A DNA stretch of 64,000 nucleotides from Turneriella sp. (GTDB lineage Bacteria > Spirochaetota > Leptospiria > Turneriellales > Turneriellaceae), in contig CBDIID010000003.1 in NCBI GenBank assembly GCA_965279515.1, positions 3,584,001 to 3,648,000 on the forward strand, written 5' to 3'. The first letter of the stretch is position 1; each line of letters opens with the position of its first letter. The position numbers and the translations under genes were made by a program. The notes beneath the pieces are model-generated. The model was not told the DNA's origin. It saw nothing but the letters and a program-made list of their open reading frames with translations, and made no database searches. This document shows, one piece after another, positions 48,543 to 57,628 of the stretch.

Positions 48543-49784
48543 TCATTTGTAATATTTGGGCGAACCGGAATTCCAGCGGTTGGCCACGATCTGATCGACT
48601 TCAGCCCAGGTTGTGGGAGGGTTTGCCCAGAAAACCACATCATCCAGATAACCGCGGAAGTACCTGTCGATGTTGTCGTAATAAGATCCAACGGTAAAGA
48701 AGCTATTCACTTGCCAGAGCGTCGACAATGTACTGGTGGCTTCGCTCCGGCTCTGCCCGTCGACGTACATCCGCACCTTAACGGAATCGACTGTATTGAT
48801 CTTAGCGACAACAACGTAATGCCATTGATCGTCGAAAACGTTTGCCGTGGATGTGACAACCGTCGTGGTTCCATTAGAAAGATATAACCGTAAACTTGGG
48901 TTTTGAATGAGCACAGACCACCCTGTGCCGGAACCTGATCCGCCCCAGGCAAAATTGCCCACGAGGCCCTGGAGATTAAAACTGTCCGCCGATTTCATCC
49001 AGAATTCCACGAGAAAATATTGTGTTGCAAAAACGCTGTTGTTGTTCCGGAAGTTCGTAGACGCAGTGTGGTATGGGCCGCGTGCGTTGCCGAAATATCC
49101 GGCAATGCTGTTGGTTGTACCGTTGGCCGTAAGGGGATATGTCCCGCGCGAGTCGGCGATGCCTCCCGTCGTCTCATCCATTTTCCAGTGCGTGGTCAGG
49201 CCGGTGGGGTAAGACAGATAATCTGCATTGAACGTAACGCGAATCGTGTAGTTTCCGGTATTCGGGCTGCCGATGCCACTGCCCGCGACGCGGATATAGT
49301 ATTTCCCCGGACTATTAAAGCGACCGTTGATCGTTGAACAAGGATTTGGTACGGGGCCGCTTACAGTTGAGGCGTTATCATTGGAGCTCAGTACAGTTGT
49401 GCCATCGGTAGAAAGTAGAATCAGAGTCGTATCAAGGCTACAGATATTTGTAGCAAGGTCATAGGTTAAAAAGGTGTACGTGCCCGCCGTATCGGTAACA
49501 GTCAGTGCGTAATAATCCACGTCTCCTACCGGCGTAATGCTTGAATTAATTGCAGTTCCGTTCGTCAGGTTCGTCGCGCAGGCAGCGGTATCGTTTCCAT
49601 CATTCGGGCAAGCGGGCGGCGGTGTCGGAGGAGGCGTCGAAGACCCCGAACCCGTTCCGGAAGTTGTGCCCGAGCCACCACCAGTCTTGGAATTGTCGTC
49701 CATTGTCAGGCTAGCACTCTTTGCGCACCCGGCCCCAAGCAAAGTCATTGCCAGTAAATAACAGACTGTGAGGGTGGATCGCAT
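48543..49784 (-). CDS. Surface lipoprotein with PPC-like and LamG (concanavalin-like) domains
   Basis: Lipobox GAGC; GDVDYY..DTTL..NDN; HWKMDE, VEFWMK, DQWHYV, MYVDG and FRGYLDDV motifs. Confidence 0.85.
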   Translation of the reverse strand: MRSTLTVCYLLAMTLLGAGCAKSASLTMDDNSKTGGGSGTTSGTGSGSSTPPPTPPPACPNDGNDTAACATNLTNGTAINSSITPVGDVDYYALTVTDTAGTYTFLTYDLATNICSLDTTLILLSTDGTTVLSSNDNASTVSGPVPNPCSTINGRFNSPGKYYIRVAGSGIGSPNTGNYTIRVTFNADYLSYPTGLTTHWKMDETTGGIADSRGTYPLTANGTTNSIAGYFGNARGPYHTASTNFRNNNSVFATQYFLVEFWMKSADSFNLQGLVGNFAWGGSGSGTGWSVLIQNPSLRLYLSNGTTTVVTSTANVFDDQWHYVVVAKINTVDSVKVRMYVDGQSRSEATSTLSTLWQVNSFFTVGSYYDNIDRYFRGYLDDVVFWANPPTTWAEVDQIVANRWNSGSPKYYK

Positions 49785-50063
49785 AGGTGCTTACGGGATG
49801 AGCGCCGAAAAGACAAAATGTCAACAATTTTTCATATGATATATCCGAAACTACACGGCATGTCGTTGCTACTAGGATTGCCTCACATGTCTCTTGCGCC
49901 TGAGAGACCTTAGCGGAGCTTCATTTCTACGTTTTCATCAGCATCTGGTTGCACCATCGATACGACGTCGGCGAATAACAAAGGCTGAGATGTTTCAAGC
50001 AACGGAGAATTCGCCTGAGACTTAATGACGCTTTGTTCAACTTTTCCGCTGGTAAGATCTGCC

Positions 50064-50308
50064 CGTAGCGCCTCTGAAGGCAGAGACGCGCCTACGGCTC
50101 GTCACGCGGCAAAGCACCAAACAAGCGTCCCGCTTGCCGCTGGCAAGGCAACGCGTTGTGCTGTGTCCGCGATCTTTTGGCAGGTAGGGCCGCGATGAGC
50201 GAAGCGAACCTCCCCTTAGGGGGCACGCGCGACGAGTCTTCGAGTCTCCGTCTTCGGTAGAGCTGCTGCACCGAACATAGCGCAGCAGGTAAATTTTGCT
50301 TGGCGAAG
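50064..50308 (-). repeat. Longest copy of the structured attC-like repeat (family C)
   Basis: Contains both the 46.6-kb and 47.6-kb segments joined; begins right after the stop of 50315..51127. Confidence 0.8.
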
Positions 50309-50314
50309 AACCGG

Positions 50315-51127
50315 CTAGTCACCACGGCTGCCGAAAATGCCAAGTTTTGCGGCAGCATTGCCTTTTTGGATATTACCTATTAATGACATGTATGCTTTTG
50401 CGGGCAAAGTTCGATAGAAGGCACTAATGATTGCCTTAAAGGGGGGATTTGTATCAACGTCATAATCCTGATTAGGTGCATAACCCTCTTTTTTAGCATA
50501 ATACAGCATGGCGGCTACTAAATTTTCAAAGAGGAGACTCCAGTTCGATGGAGCTTTTTCGAAATGTGGAGAGACTCTCTCAGATAACATAGTGATGTCC
50601 ATGTCAACGTAAAGCAAAAAGGCGTCAGCGCCATCTACAGGCTGCCCAGCTTTTGTATGAAAAATCGTCTCGGATCTATAGTCTTCCGTTCGTTCGGCCA
50701 GATTCAGACGAACAATCTCCATTTTGACTGCGTCGAGATCTTCCTTTAAGCTTCCAGACAGAGCTGTTAACTCGGTTCGAATTTTATCAAATTCCTGTTT
50801 TTCCACAAGTCTTGTCATAGTAAAATAGAGAGCGATAATTGTCGTCAAACCAAGCAGAATCGAAATTAATAGAATATAATGCTCTCTTTCACGCTCGAAA
50901 ATGCGCATTAGCTTTTCCTCCGGTAAGGCGCCGGAGAATTTGGTCAACTGGGAATTAAGCTCAGTCAATGAATCTTTCGAAATCTTAAGTCCATTCGCTT
51001 CGGGAGATACGTTCTCTATTTTCAAGGAAACATTTATTGTCGGAATAGATCTTGTACCATAAAGAAAAAAGGCAAAAAGCGCTATCGTTAAAATGTATAG
51101 TGTAATGATGAATGTTTTGTTTAGCAT
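50315..51127 (-). CDS. Hypothetical membrane protein (two TM helices)
   Basis: AT-rich ORF; likely start MLNKTF with a GGAG RBS. Confidence 0.6.
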   Translation of the reverse strand: MLNKTFIITLYILTIALFAFFLYGTRSIPTINVSLKIENVSPEANGLKISKDSLTELNSQLTKFSGALPEEKLMRIFEREREHYILLISILLGLTTIIALYFTMTRLVEKQEFDKIRTELTALSGSLKEDLDAVKMEIVRLNLAERTEDYRSETIFHTKAGQPVDGADAFLLYVDMDITMLSERVSPHFEKAPSNWSLLFENLVAAMLYYAKKEGYAPNQDYDVDTNPPFKAIISAFYRTLPAKAYMSLIGNIQKGNAAAKLGIFGSRGD

Positions 51128-51215
51128 ATAATCTCCGGTTTTTGGCCCAACGTTTATTCTGCGAACCAATCCTAGAATCTTTCGTCAAACAATTAATCCC
51201 CATGCACCGACTGAG

Positions 51216-51478
51216 TCCTATCATGCGGATAATGCCCAAGGTCCGCTTGAACTTCCCTATTTCCCATGATTCACCCGCCGGTTCTGGCGGGGTATGTCAG
51301 AAAGAATCTCCATCGCCCAGCGCTGGCCCGCAAAACATCCGGACCGTATACAGCTCTATTCTTTTCCGACGCCGAACGGTGTCAAAATTTCCATCGCGCT
51401 CGAAGAGATGGGCTTGCCTTATGAAGCGCATCGCGTCGATATTCTCCAGGACGAAAGCCGCACAGTCGAATATCTTTC
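51216..51478 (+). pseudogene. Duplicated upstream region and 5' fragment of the gst gene
   Basis: Near-identical to 52389..52650; encodes MSERISIAQRWP...DESRT and then diverges. Confidence 0.85.
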
Positions 51479-51608
51479 AAGCGAATGTCGTTGCGGTCGA
51501 CCCAGAACGGTTCGAGGCCGCGACCTTCGGCATCGGAAATTTCGTAAGATAGCGATTCCTCTTTGTTATACCACTCGAGGGTCAGGGAGCCTTGATAAGA
51601 TTTTTGGT

Positions 51609-52007
51609 TTATTCCCAATCTTCTAGCCGAATGCCTGAGACTCGTGAAAACTCCTTTGTATTGTGGGTGACGAGAATTGTATCTTTTGCAACCGCCGTGG
51701 CAGCAATGAGAAGATCATACGGGCCAATCGGAGTGCCTGCTTTTTCGAGGGTAGCGCGAATTTCACCGCATTTATCGGCGATCTGGTCGTCGACGTGAAT
51801 ACTCGAAAAAGAACCAATGAATTCGCGAATCAACGGCAGTTTTTTCTGCGGATTGCTGCTCTTATGAGCACCATAGAGCAATTCAAAACGGACAATCGAA
51901 GGGATCGCAATATCCGCGCTGAGAGCTGCCGAGATTTTTTCTTTAACTTTCGGCGACGAGCCCTTCAGGATCTGAATACAGACGTTCGTATCGAGAATGT
52001 ATTTCAC
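51609..52007 (-). CDS. vapC: VapC PIN-domain toxin
   Basis: YILDTNVCI, ELLYGA, PIGPYDLLIAATA and LVTHNTKEF motifs. Confidence 0.95.
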   Translation of the reverse strand: MKYILDTNVCIQILKGSSPKVKEKISAALSADIAIPSIVRFELLYGAHKSSNPQKKLPLIREFIGSFSSIHVDDQIADKCGEIRATLEKAGTPIGPYDLLIAATAVAKDTILVTHNTKEFSRVSGIRLEDWE

Positions 52008-52216
52008 AACGGTTCACGTTTTTCAAATTCACCCTGCGGCGCACGTTCCGGAAAATCGGGAATAGAGCCGAAGAAATCAGCTAATGATTTGCCACCCGCC
52101 GCTCTTGGCTCATCGACCAGAACGATAATTTCCCCACGTTTATGCGCCATGTCGCTCGGGATCGTCAAAGTAACGGTTTCAGGCAGGTCTTCATAGGTAG
52201 TACGCATCGCGTTCAT
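52004..52216 (-). CDS. Antitoxin (VapB-like)
   Basis: 70 aa; GTGA overlap with vapC; ends DFPERAPQGEFEKREPL. Confidence 0.8.
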   Translation of the reverse strand: MNAMRTTYEDLPETVTLTIPSDMAHKRGEIIVLVDEPRAAGGKSLADFFGSIPDFPERAPQGEFEKREPL

Positions 52217-52465
52217 ATTTCCCTCAAATCAGCGTTTTCACAGTCGTGTACGGCGTCAAGAAACAGCCGCCGCAGCCGCCGCAGAGCAAAGCAAGCGCTT
52301 ATAATACCGTTCCCCAGGTTCAATTCAATGTGCTTGAAATCGGGAGACTTTTCGTCATAGTATCTTTCAGTAAGGTCTTCTTTCTAATTCCTATTATGCG
52401 GATAATGCCCAAGGTCCGCTGAATTTCCCTATTTCGCATGATTCACCCGCCGGTTCTGGCGGCAC

Positions 52466-53158
52466 ATGTCAGAAAGAATCTCGATCGCCCAGCGCTGGCC
52501 CGCAAAACATCCGGACCGTATACAGCTCTATTCTTTTCCGACGCCGAACGGTGTCAAAATTTCCATCGCGCTCGAAGAGATGGGTTTGCCTTATGAAGCG
52601 CATCGGGTCAACATTCTCCAGGACGAAAGCCGCACAGCCGAATTTTTGTCGCTGAACCCGAACGGGAAGATTCCTGCGATCATCGACCCGAAAGGGCCCG
52701 ATGGCAATGCTATCCGCCTGTTTGAATCGGGCGCGATTCTGCTCTATCTCGCGGAAAAATCGGGAAAACTTTTGCCCGTCGATGCCGCGCGCATGTACGA
52801 GACGATCCAATGGGTGTTTTTTCAGATGGCGGCGATCGGGCCGATGTTCGGGCAGCTGGGATATTTTCTAAAATTTGCGGGCAAGCAGATCGAAGACAAA
52901 CGGCCGCTCGAACGGTATGTCGAAGAATCGAAACGGCTTCTGGGCGTGCTCGACGCGCACCTGACCGGGCGTGATTGGTTCATGGGCGAAGAGTACACGA
53001 TTGCCGACGTGGCGCATATCGGCTGGGTCGAAAACCTGATCGGCTTCTATGGCGCGCGTGATCTCGTGGGTTTCGATAACTTTAAAGCGGTATCACGCTG
53101 GCTTGAGCGCTCTCTCGCCCGCCCGGCGGTGCAGCGCGGTCTGAAGATACCGGCTTAA
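52466..53158 (+). CDS. Glutathione S-transferase (YfcG/YghU-like, TPNG type)
   Basis: PTPNGVK, LNPNGKIPAI, FESGAIL and YTIAD motifs. Confidence 0.93.
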   Translation: MSERISIAQRWPAKHPDRIQLYSFPTPNGVKISIALEEMGLPYEAHRVNILQDESRTAEFLSLNPNGKIPAIIDPKGPDGNAIRLFESGAILLYLAEKSGKLLPVDAARMYETIQWVFFQMAAIGPMFGQLGYFLKFAGKQIEDKRPLERYVEESKRLLGVLDAHLTGRDWFMGEEYTIADVAHIGWVENLIGFYGARDLVGFDNFKAVSRWLERSLARPAVQRGLKIPA

Positions 53159-53203
53159 CTTTTCCGGTATTGCATCCGCAGGCTGCGCGGCGTACGGTTA
53201 TGC

Positions 53204-54202
53204 TCATGGTTTTACGGCCGAAATTGCGCCGCGGTGTATGGGGGGATAGCTCAGGCGCACGGATGCGCCAGAGCCAGCGCCGCCACGGAGGGCGTCTTTG
53301 CGCTGGCCCTCGATGCTCGTGCCATCGGCCGTGATGGCGTCGGCAAAACTTTTTTGCGGCGAAAACTCACTGCGACGCTGTTCATCCGCCGTGAGCTTTA
53401 TTTCGTGCAATAGCCGTACATCGGCAAAACCTGAGAAACGCAATTGTTCGCTGAGTGCCGCTACTGTCGGCATCGCATAGACGCCGCCAATGCCCGCATA
53501 TTTCCCCGCGGGGAAAATTTCGAGATGCGCCGGCGAAGGCACGGTCACTGATTCACAGATCAGCGTGCCGCCGGGCTTCAGCGCGGTTTTACAGGCATGA
53601 AAAATTTCAAGCGGGTTGGGGTCGTGGTAGTTCACGCCCATCAGAAAAATGACGTCGAAATACCCGGGCAGATGCCTCAGCGCCTGCCAGCCCAGCGGCA
53701 AAAAACCGATCGGGAGTTCGGGCGCGTGGCGCGTGATAAACTGGAACTGCAGCCAGTACTTGAGCGTCGGGTCAAAGCCCAAAACGCGGCGCGCGCCGGC
53801 TTCGGCGATGCGGAACAGGTAATAGCCGTTGTTGCAGCCGACGTCGGCGACAGTTTTCCCTGCGAGCGCAGGCAGGTCGCGCAGCAGGCGATCCCACTTT
53901 TTATCGGAGCGCCATTCGGCATCGATGGTCAGACCGTTCACACGGAAGGGCCCCTTGCGCCAGGGAATGAGATCGTTGGCGATACGCGCCGCATCGGCAG
54001 CTCCGCTTTGCTCTTCGTAATGGCCGTCAAAACCGACGACGCCGTCGCGGATCTCCATGCGCGCATCCTGGAAATGCAGTTTTTGTATGTCTTCGTAATG
54101 CGCGTTGAGCGGCGATGTCATAATAGCCGCGAGTTTTTCCTGCACGCCGCGGATCAGAACCGGCTGCGCGTCGGTGGGCAGCTCTTGCGGCGAAAAATTC
54201 AT
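53204..54202 (-). CDS. cmoB: tRNA U34 carboxymethyltransferase CmoB, with a 19-aa insertion
   Basis: PWRKGPF, IDAEWRSD.KW and DVGCNNGYY motifs; adjacent to cmoA. Confidence 0.93.
   Translation of the reverse strand: MNFSPQELPTDAQPVLIRGVQEKLAAIMTSPLNAHYEDIQKLHFQDARMEIRDGVVGFDGHYEEQSGAADAARIANDLIPWRKGPFRVNGLTIDAEWRSDKKWDRLLRDLPALAGKTVADVGCNNGYYLFRIAEAGARRVLGFDPTLKYWLQFQFITRHAPELPIGFLPLGWQALRHLPGYFDVIFLMGVNYHDPNPLEIFHACKTALKPGGTLICESVTVPSPAHLEIFPAGKYAGIGGVYAMPTVAALSEQLRFSGFADVRLLHEIKLTADEQRRSEFSPQKSFADAITADGTSIEGQRKDALRGGAGSGASVRLSYPPIHRGAISAVKP
53249..53307. repeat. 57-nt in-frame palindromic insertion (family B) in cmoB
   Basis: GGCGCA-CGGA-TGCGCC, then GCCAGCGC[CGCC..GGCG]TCTTT-GCGCTGGC; splits IEG|YP. 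Confidence 0.8.
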
Positions 54203-54930
54203 CCGGGTTTGATGGCGAGGAATGAGGCGAAGTTATAACACTTGAAGAAAATCGAAACAGGATTGAAACCCGCCTCGCGCAGCATTTCGACATTCTCGCT
54301 GACACGGAACGGGATCAGCACGTTTTCGAGCGCATCGCGCTTTTCGGCAATCTCGAGCTTTGAATAGCCGTTGCGTTCCTTGAGCGCATGGTGGCGCGCG
54401 GCAAAGACACGCGAAACATCCGCCGAATCCTCGAGGCATTTCTCAGACAGAATCAGGCAGCCGTCGGCGGGCAGTGCGGTGAAGATTTTTTTCAGTAAGG
54501 TTTGTCGCGCCAGCGGCCGCAGAAACTGGAAGGTGTAGTTCGAGACGATGACCGAGGCTTGTTTGAAATCTACTTTTGTCATATCTGTTTGCTGGAAATC
54601 TACCTCTCTTGCCCCGGAATTAATTCCGGGGCAAGAGAGTCTGGCTTGCTTTATCATTTCCTCTGAAGTATCGATGCCTATGTAGGAAAATTTCTCCGCG
54701 CCGAATTCGGATATCAGTATGCGCACCAGAGCGCCCGTGGAACATCCGAGGTCATAGATGGTTGTTCCCGGTTGATAAAATTCCCGCGCCAGCTCTGCGC
54801 TCATCTGCAAAACTTCCTTGTAGAATGGCACCGAGCGCGAAACCATGTCGTCGAACACGTCGGCGACCTGCGCGTTGAATTCGAACGGAGTTTTACCCGA
54901 ACCGGGGTGCTTAAAGATTTCGTCTTTCAT
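54199..54930 (-). CDS. cmoA: Carboxy-S-adenosyl-L-methionine synthase CmoA
   Basis: FDDMVSRSVPFY, YDLGCSTG, NYTFQFL and KRDALENVL motifs. Confidence 0.95.
   Translation of the reverse strand: MKDEIFKHPGSGKTPFEFNAQVADVFDDMVSRSVPFYKEVLQMSAELAREFYQPGTTIYDLGCSTGALVRILISEFGAEKFSYIGIDTSEEMIKQARLSCPGINSGAREVDFQQTDMTKVDFKQASVIVSNYTFQFLRPLARQTLLKKIFTALPADGCLILSEKCLEDSADVSRVFAARHHALKERNGYSKLEIAEKRDALENVLIPFRVSENVEMLREAGFNPVSIFFKCYNFASFLAIKPG
54604..54639. repeat. Perfect 36-bp palindrome inside cmoA
   Basis: CTCTCTTGCCCCGGAATT|AATTCCGGGGCAAGAGAG. Confidence 0.85.
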
Positions 54931-54954
54931 GGTTGCCCGCAGGCGCCGGGCATA

Positions 54955-55494
54955 TTAGAAAATTTCATACCCCGCGCCCAGCGAAATGGCATGGTGGCTG
55001 CGGTTGGCAAGAATGACGTGGTGTACTGTAAAACCCAGCGTGAAGCCATGGCCGGTGAACGCGGGGTAATGCAGGTCGAAACCCCAGGCTGCACCGAAAC
55101 CGATCGAAGCATTGGAAAAATTGGGCTCATGCGAACCCGAGCCGCCGATACCGATCTTGCAGGTCACGTCTTCAAAAAAACAGGTTTTCTTTAAGCCAAT
55201 GACGACGGGCTGGTAACGGCTGGCGATCGTCGGTTCCTGGTGCGAATCGTTCTCAATCATGGGATGCCAGAACATCACGGTGAGATCAGGCTTGCGGAAG
55301 GTGTAACCCAATTCGACATTGCTGAAGACGCCCGAAGCGCGCGTGCCCGCTCCTGCGCCCAGTGCAAACTGGAAATGAAAACCGCCGCGGTCGATCGGCC
55401 TGCCGAAAACCGATGAGCCGGCCTTGCCCAGCATCGGCTCTACGGCGCTAAGCGTTGTGCAGCAGAGGATGAAAAGTGTCGGTAAGTATTTCAT
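54955..55494 (-). CDS. Small outer-membrane beta-barrel-like protein
   Basis: Signal peptide; ends ISLGAGYEIF. Confidence 0.65.
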   Translation of the reverse strand: MKYLPTLFILCCTTLSAVEPMLGKAGSSVFGRPIDRGGFHFQFALGAGAGTRASGVFSNVELGYTFRKPDLTVMFWHPMIENDSHQEPTIASRYQPVVIGLKKTCFFEDVTCKIGIGGSGSHEPNFSNASIGFGAAWGFDLHYPAFTGHGFTLGFTVHHVILANRSHHAISLGAGYEIF

Positions 55495-57257
55495 TCGGGT
55501 ATGCGGTTCCTTTCAGGCAGCATGTCGGCGCAGGCAATTGCGGTGATATAACGATAGGCATCTTCATTATTGCAGATGCGGATGGATTGCTCTTTGTCCT
55601 CCGGTTCGCGCATAGAGGCACTTCCTGTGCCGCGCGAACCATGGACATCCGTGTCCTCTGCTTCGCGCGCATCGACGACGGTGACTTTACGACATGCTGT
55701 CAGCGCCGACTCCTGCCGGATTTCCTTTCCCTTCTTGACCCCGGTCAGGTGGCAGGCGGCGTTCATGCCCGTGCGCATGGCAAAGCCGTGGCCGATAAAT
55801 TTAACCCAGTCGCCCGCATAATAGATATTGCCGCGCCCCTGCATCGGCGTTAACAGCTGATCCATGACGGCAATGTGCCAGAGATCCTGCGCGTGGTGGC
55901 GCCACACCCGGCTGAGAATCGGGTCTTTCGCGCGGCGCTGCGGGTTGAGGTGAATCAGCGGTTCGGGTTTGATATCGCCATAACCGAAAATATCGGCCGA
56001 GCGCCCGATGAGTTCGAAATGTTCGACATTGCTGTCGCGCTGGAAATAGTTGAACGCGCGGCGTTTGTTTTTTTCGGGCAGTACCGATTCGTCGCTGTGC
56101 AGGTCGACGATGACGGGGGTGTACCGCGCCTGGGCCAGGGCCCAGTCTTCCCACCATTCGGTCACGACAATATTGCGCGCGACATCGGCGGGTACAGTAA
56201 CGATCACACCGTCGAAGACATCATGGTGTGTCTGCGTCAGGTTGTCGGTCCAGGTGACGATCACCTTCCCGTCCTTGCGTTCGATGCGTGTCACCGGCGC
56301 GAAGAGCTGAATCTTGTCGCGGAAAGGGGCAGTCAGCCGCGCATAATATTCTTTGCTGCTGCCTTTGACGACCCAGGAGCCGTAACCGCGGCGGTAATCC
56401 ACCCATTTACCGGGGCCGGCATACATATTGAGAATAAAACGCGTCGACTGTTCATAAAAACCCTCGCTCGAAACGAATAACACGACGAGCATCGGTGTCA
56501 GGTGTGTTTCGCGGAATTTTTCAGAGAACCCGTTCTTTTTGAGCCACCAGCCAAAAGGCATGAGGTTGAGCGACGGATCGTTATAGTCGCGGTCGGCGAG
56601 GCGGTGGAAACGTTCGACTTCTTCCGTCAGGGTTTCCGGCGCTTCCGTTGCCCACTCGGTATCTTTTACCTTGGTATAATACGTGAGCCGGCTCATGGTG
56701 CGTTCGACGCCGTGGAGCGCCAACAGGGTTTTAAATTCTTTATAAGAGGAAGGCGCGCCGAAAATAAATCCTAAATCCACGGGATAAGTTTTGCCGCCAC
56801 TTTGAAAATCGTAACCAAGGGCATGGCCCCCGACATAGTCCGTGGCTTCGAAGACGCGGAAATCCACCTTGTTCTGGTGCAACACCCAGGCGGCGTGTGC
56901 ACCTGCGCTGCCGGCACCGATCACGGCAATCTTGCCATTCGTGATCTGCGGTGCGGGGTATTTTTTCGGTTTGAGTATGAAGAAGATAACGATGAGTGCG
57001 GCGGCAAAACCCAGGGGACGCACCCAGCCGCTGAAAAATTTCCGTGTGAACCTCAAAGGCTGGGCGAGTAGTTTTCGTCCCTTGCTGAAAACCGGCAATA
57101 CGACCAGAAGCAAGGCGATCAGAATACCCGGATATTCAAGGATGGGTCTTACGGTAGCCTTCCACGCCGCCGAGACGCTCAGGTAGAGCAAAAGTATCGT
57201 TGAGAAAAACGACCAGCTAAGATAAAAGATGATGCGAAACCAGCGTGGTACGATCAT
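55491..57257 (-). CDS. Membrane-anchored FAD-dependent oxidoreductase (amine oxidase-like)
   Basis: N-terminal TMs; IAVIGAGSAG, FEATDYVGGHA, VDLGF and QGRGNIYYAGDW motifs. Confidence 0.85.
   Translation of the reverse strand: MIVPRWFRIIFYLSWSFFSTILLLYLSVSAAWKATVRPILEYPGILIALLLVVLPVFSKGRKLLAQPLRFTRKFFSGWVRPLGFAAALIVIFFILKPKKYPAPQITNGKIAVIGAGSAGAHAAWVLHQNKVDFRVFEATDYVGGHALGYDFQSGGKTYPVDLGFIFGAPSSYKEFKTLLALHGVERTMSRLTYYTKVKDTEWATEAPETLTEEVERFHRLADRDYNDPSLNLMPFGWWLKKNGFSEKFRETHLTPMLVVLFVSSEGFYEQSTRFILNMYAGPGKWVDYRRGYGSWVVKGSSKEYYARLTAPFRDKIQLFAPVTRIERKDGKVIVTWTDNLTQTHHDVFDGVIVTVPADVARNIVVTEWWEDWALAQARYTPVIVDLHSDESVLPEKNKRRAFNYFQRDSNVEHFELIGRSADIFGYGDIKPEPLIHLNPQRRAKDPILSRVWRHHAQDLWHIAVMDQLLTPMQGRGNIYYAGDWVKFIGHGFAMRTGMNAACHLTGVKKGKEIRQESALTACRKVTVVDAREAEDTDVHGSRGTGSASMREPEDKEQSIRICNNEDAYRYITAIACADMLPERNRIPE
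55595..55658. repeat. 57-nt in-frame palindromic insertion (family B) with a 7-bp direct repeat
   Basis: TGTCCTC at 55595 and 55652; minus strand reads GGACA-CGGA-TGTCC, then GGTTCGCGC[GGCAC..GTGCC]TCTAT-GCGCGAACC. Confidence 0.8.
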
Positions 57258-57258
57258 C

Positions 57259-57567
57259 TCAGACGCCGTCGCGCATGAAGCGGATGATGGCTAAAAGCTC
57301 GTCGTCGCTGCAGTTAAGGCAGCGCCCCGACGGCGGCATGCCGACAAAACCCTTGCGCACCGCGCGCAGAATATCCTGCGGGTCCTGGTTGCGGCGGATC
57401 TTCCAGTCATAGGTGGTTTTGCGTGTCGGAGCACCACCAGCGCCAATTTCATGGCATGCAGCGCAGTGTTGGGCATAGTGCTGCTTTACTTTCGGCGGCG
57501 CGCCGCAAAAGCTCAAAAACAGGGGCACGATGATTATCAGCCCAAAGGTGTAGTTTTTACCCTTCAT
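57259..57567 (-). CDS. Cytochrome c5-family lipoprotein
   Basis: CAACH..GAGGAP and GMPPSGRCLNCSDDE motifs. Confidence 0.9.
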   Translation of the reverse strand: MKGKNYTFGLIIIVPLFLSFCGAPPKVKQHYAQHCAACHEIGAGGAPTRKTTYDWKIRRNQDPQDILRAVRKGFVGMPPSGRCLNCSDDELLAIIRFMRDGV

Positions 57568-57628
57568 GCAAGGAATTCGGGCGTTTTTTAGGAGCGCTTT
57601 AAAGTGAAAATGATTTTATTATGCGGCG

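Noticed and set aside
46600..50310. CRISPR array or known ncRNA
   Set aside because: No regular repeat-spacer periodicity and no cas genes; no tRNA, tmRNA or RNase P signature recognised.
52264..52284. CAGCCGCCG tandem duplication
   Set aside because: Only about two units with no context; likely replication slippage.
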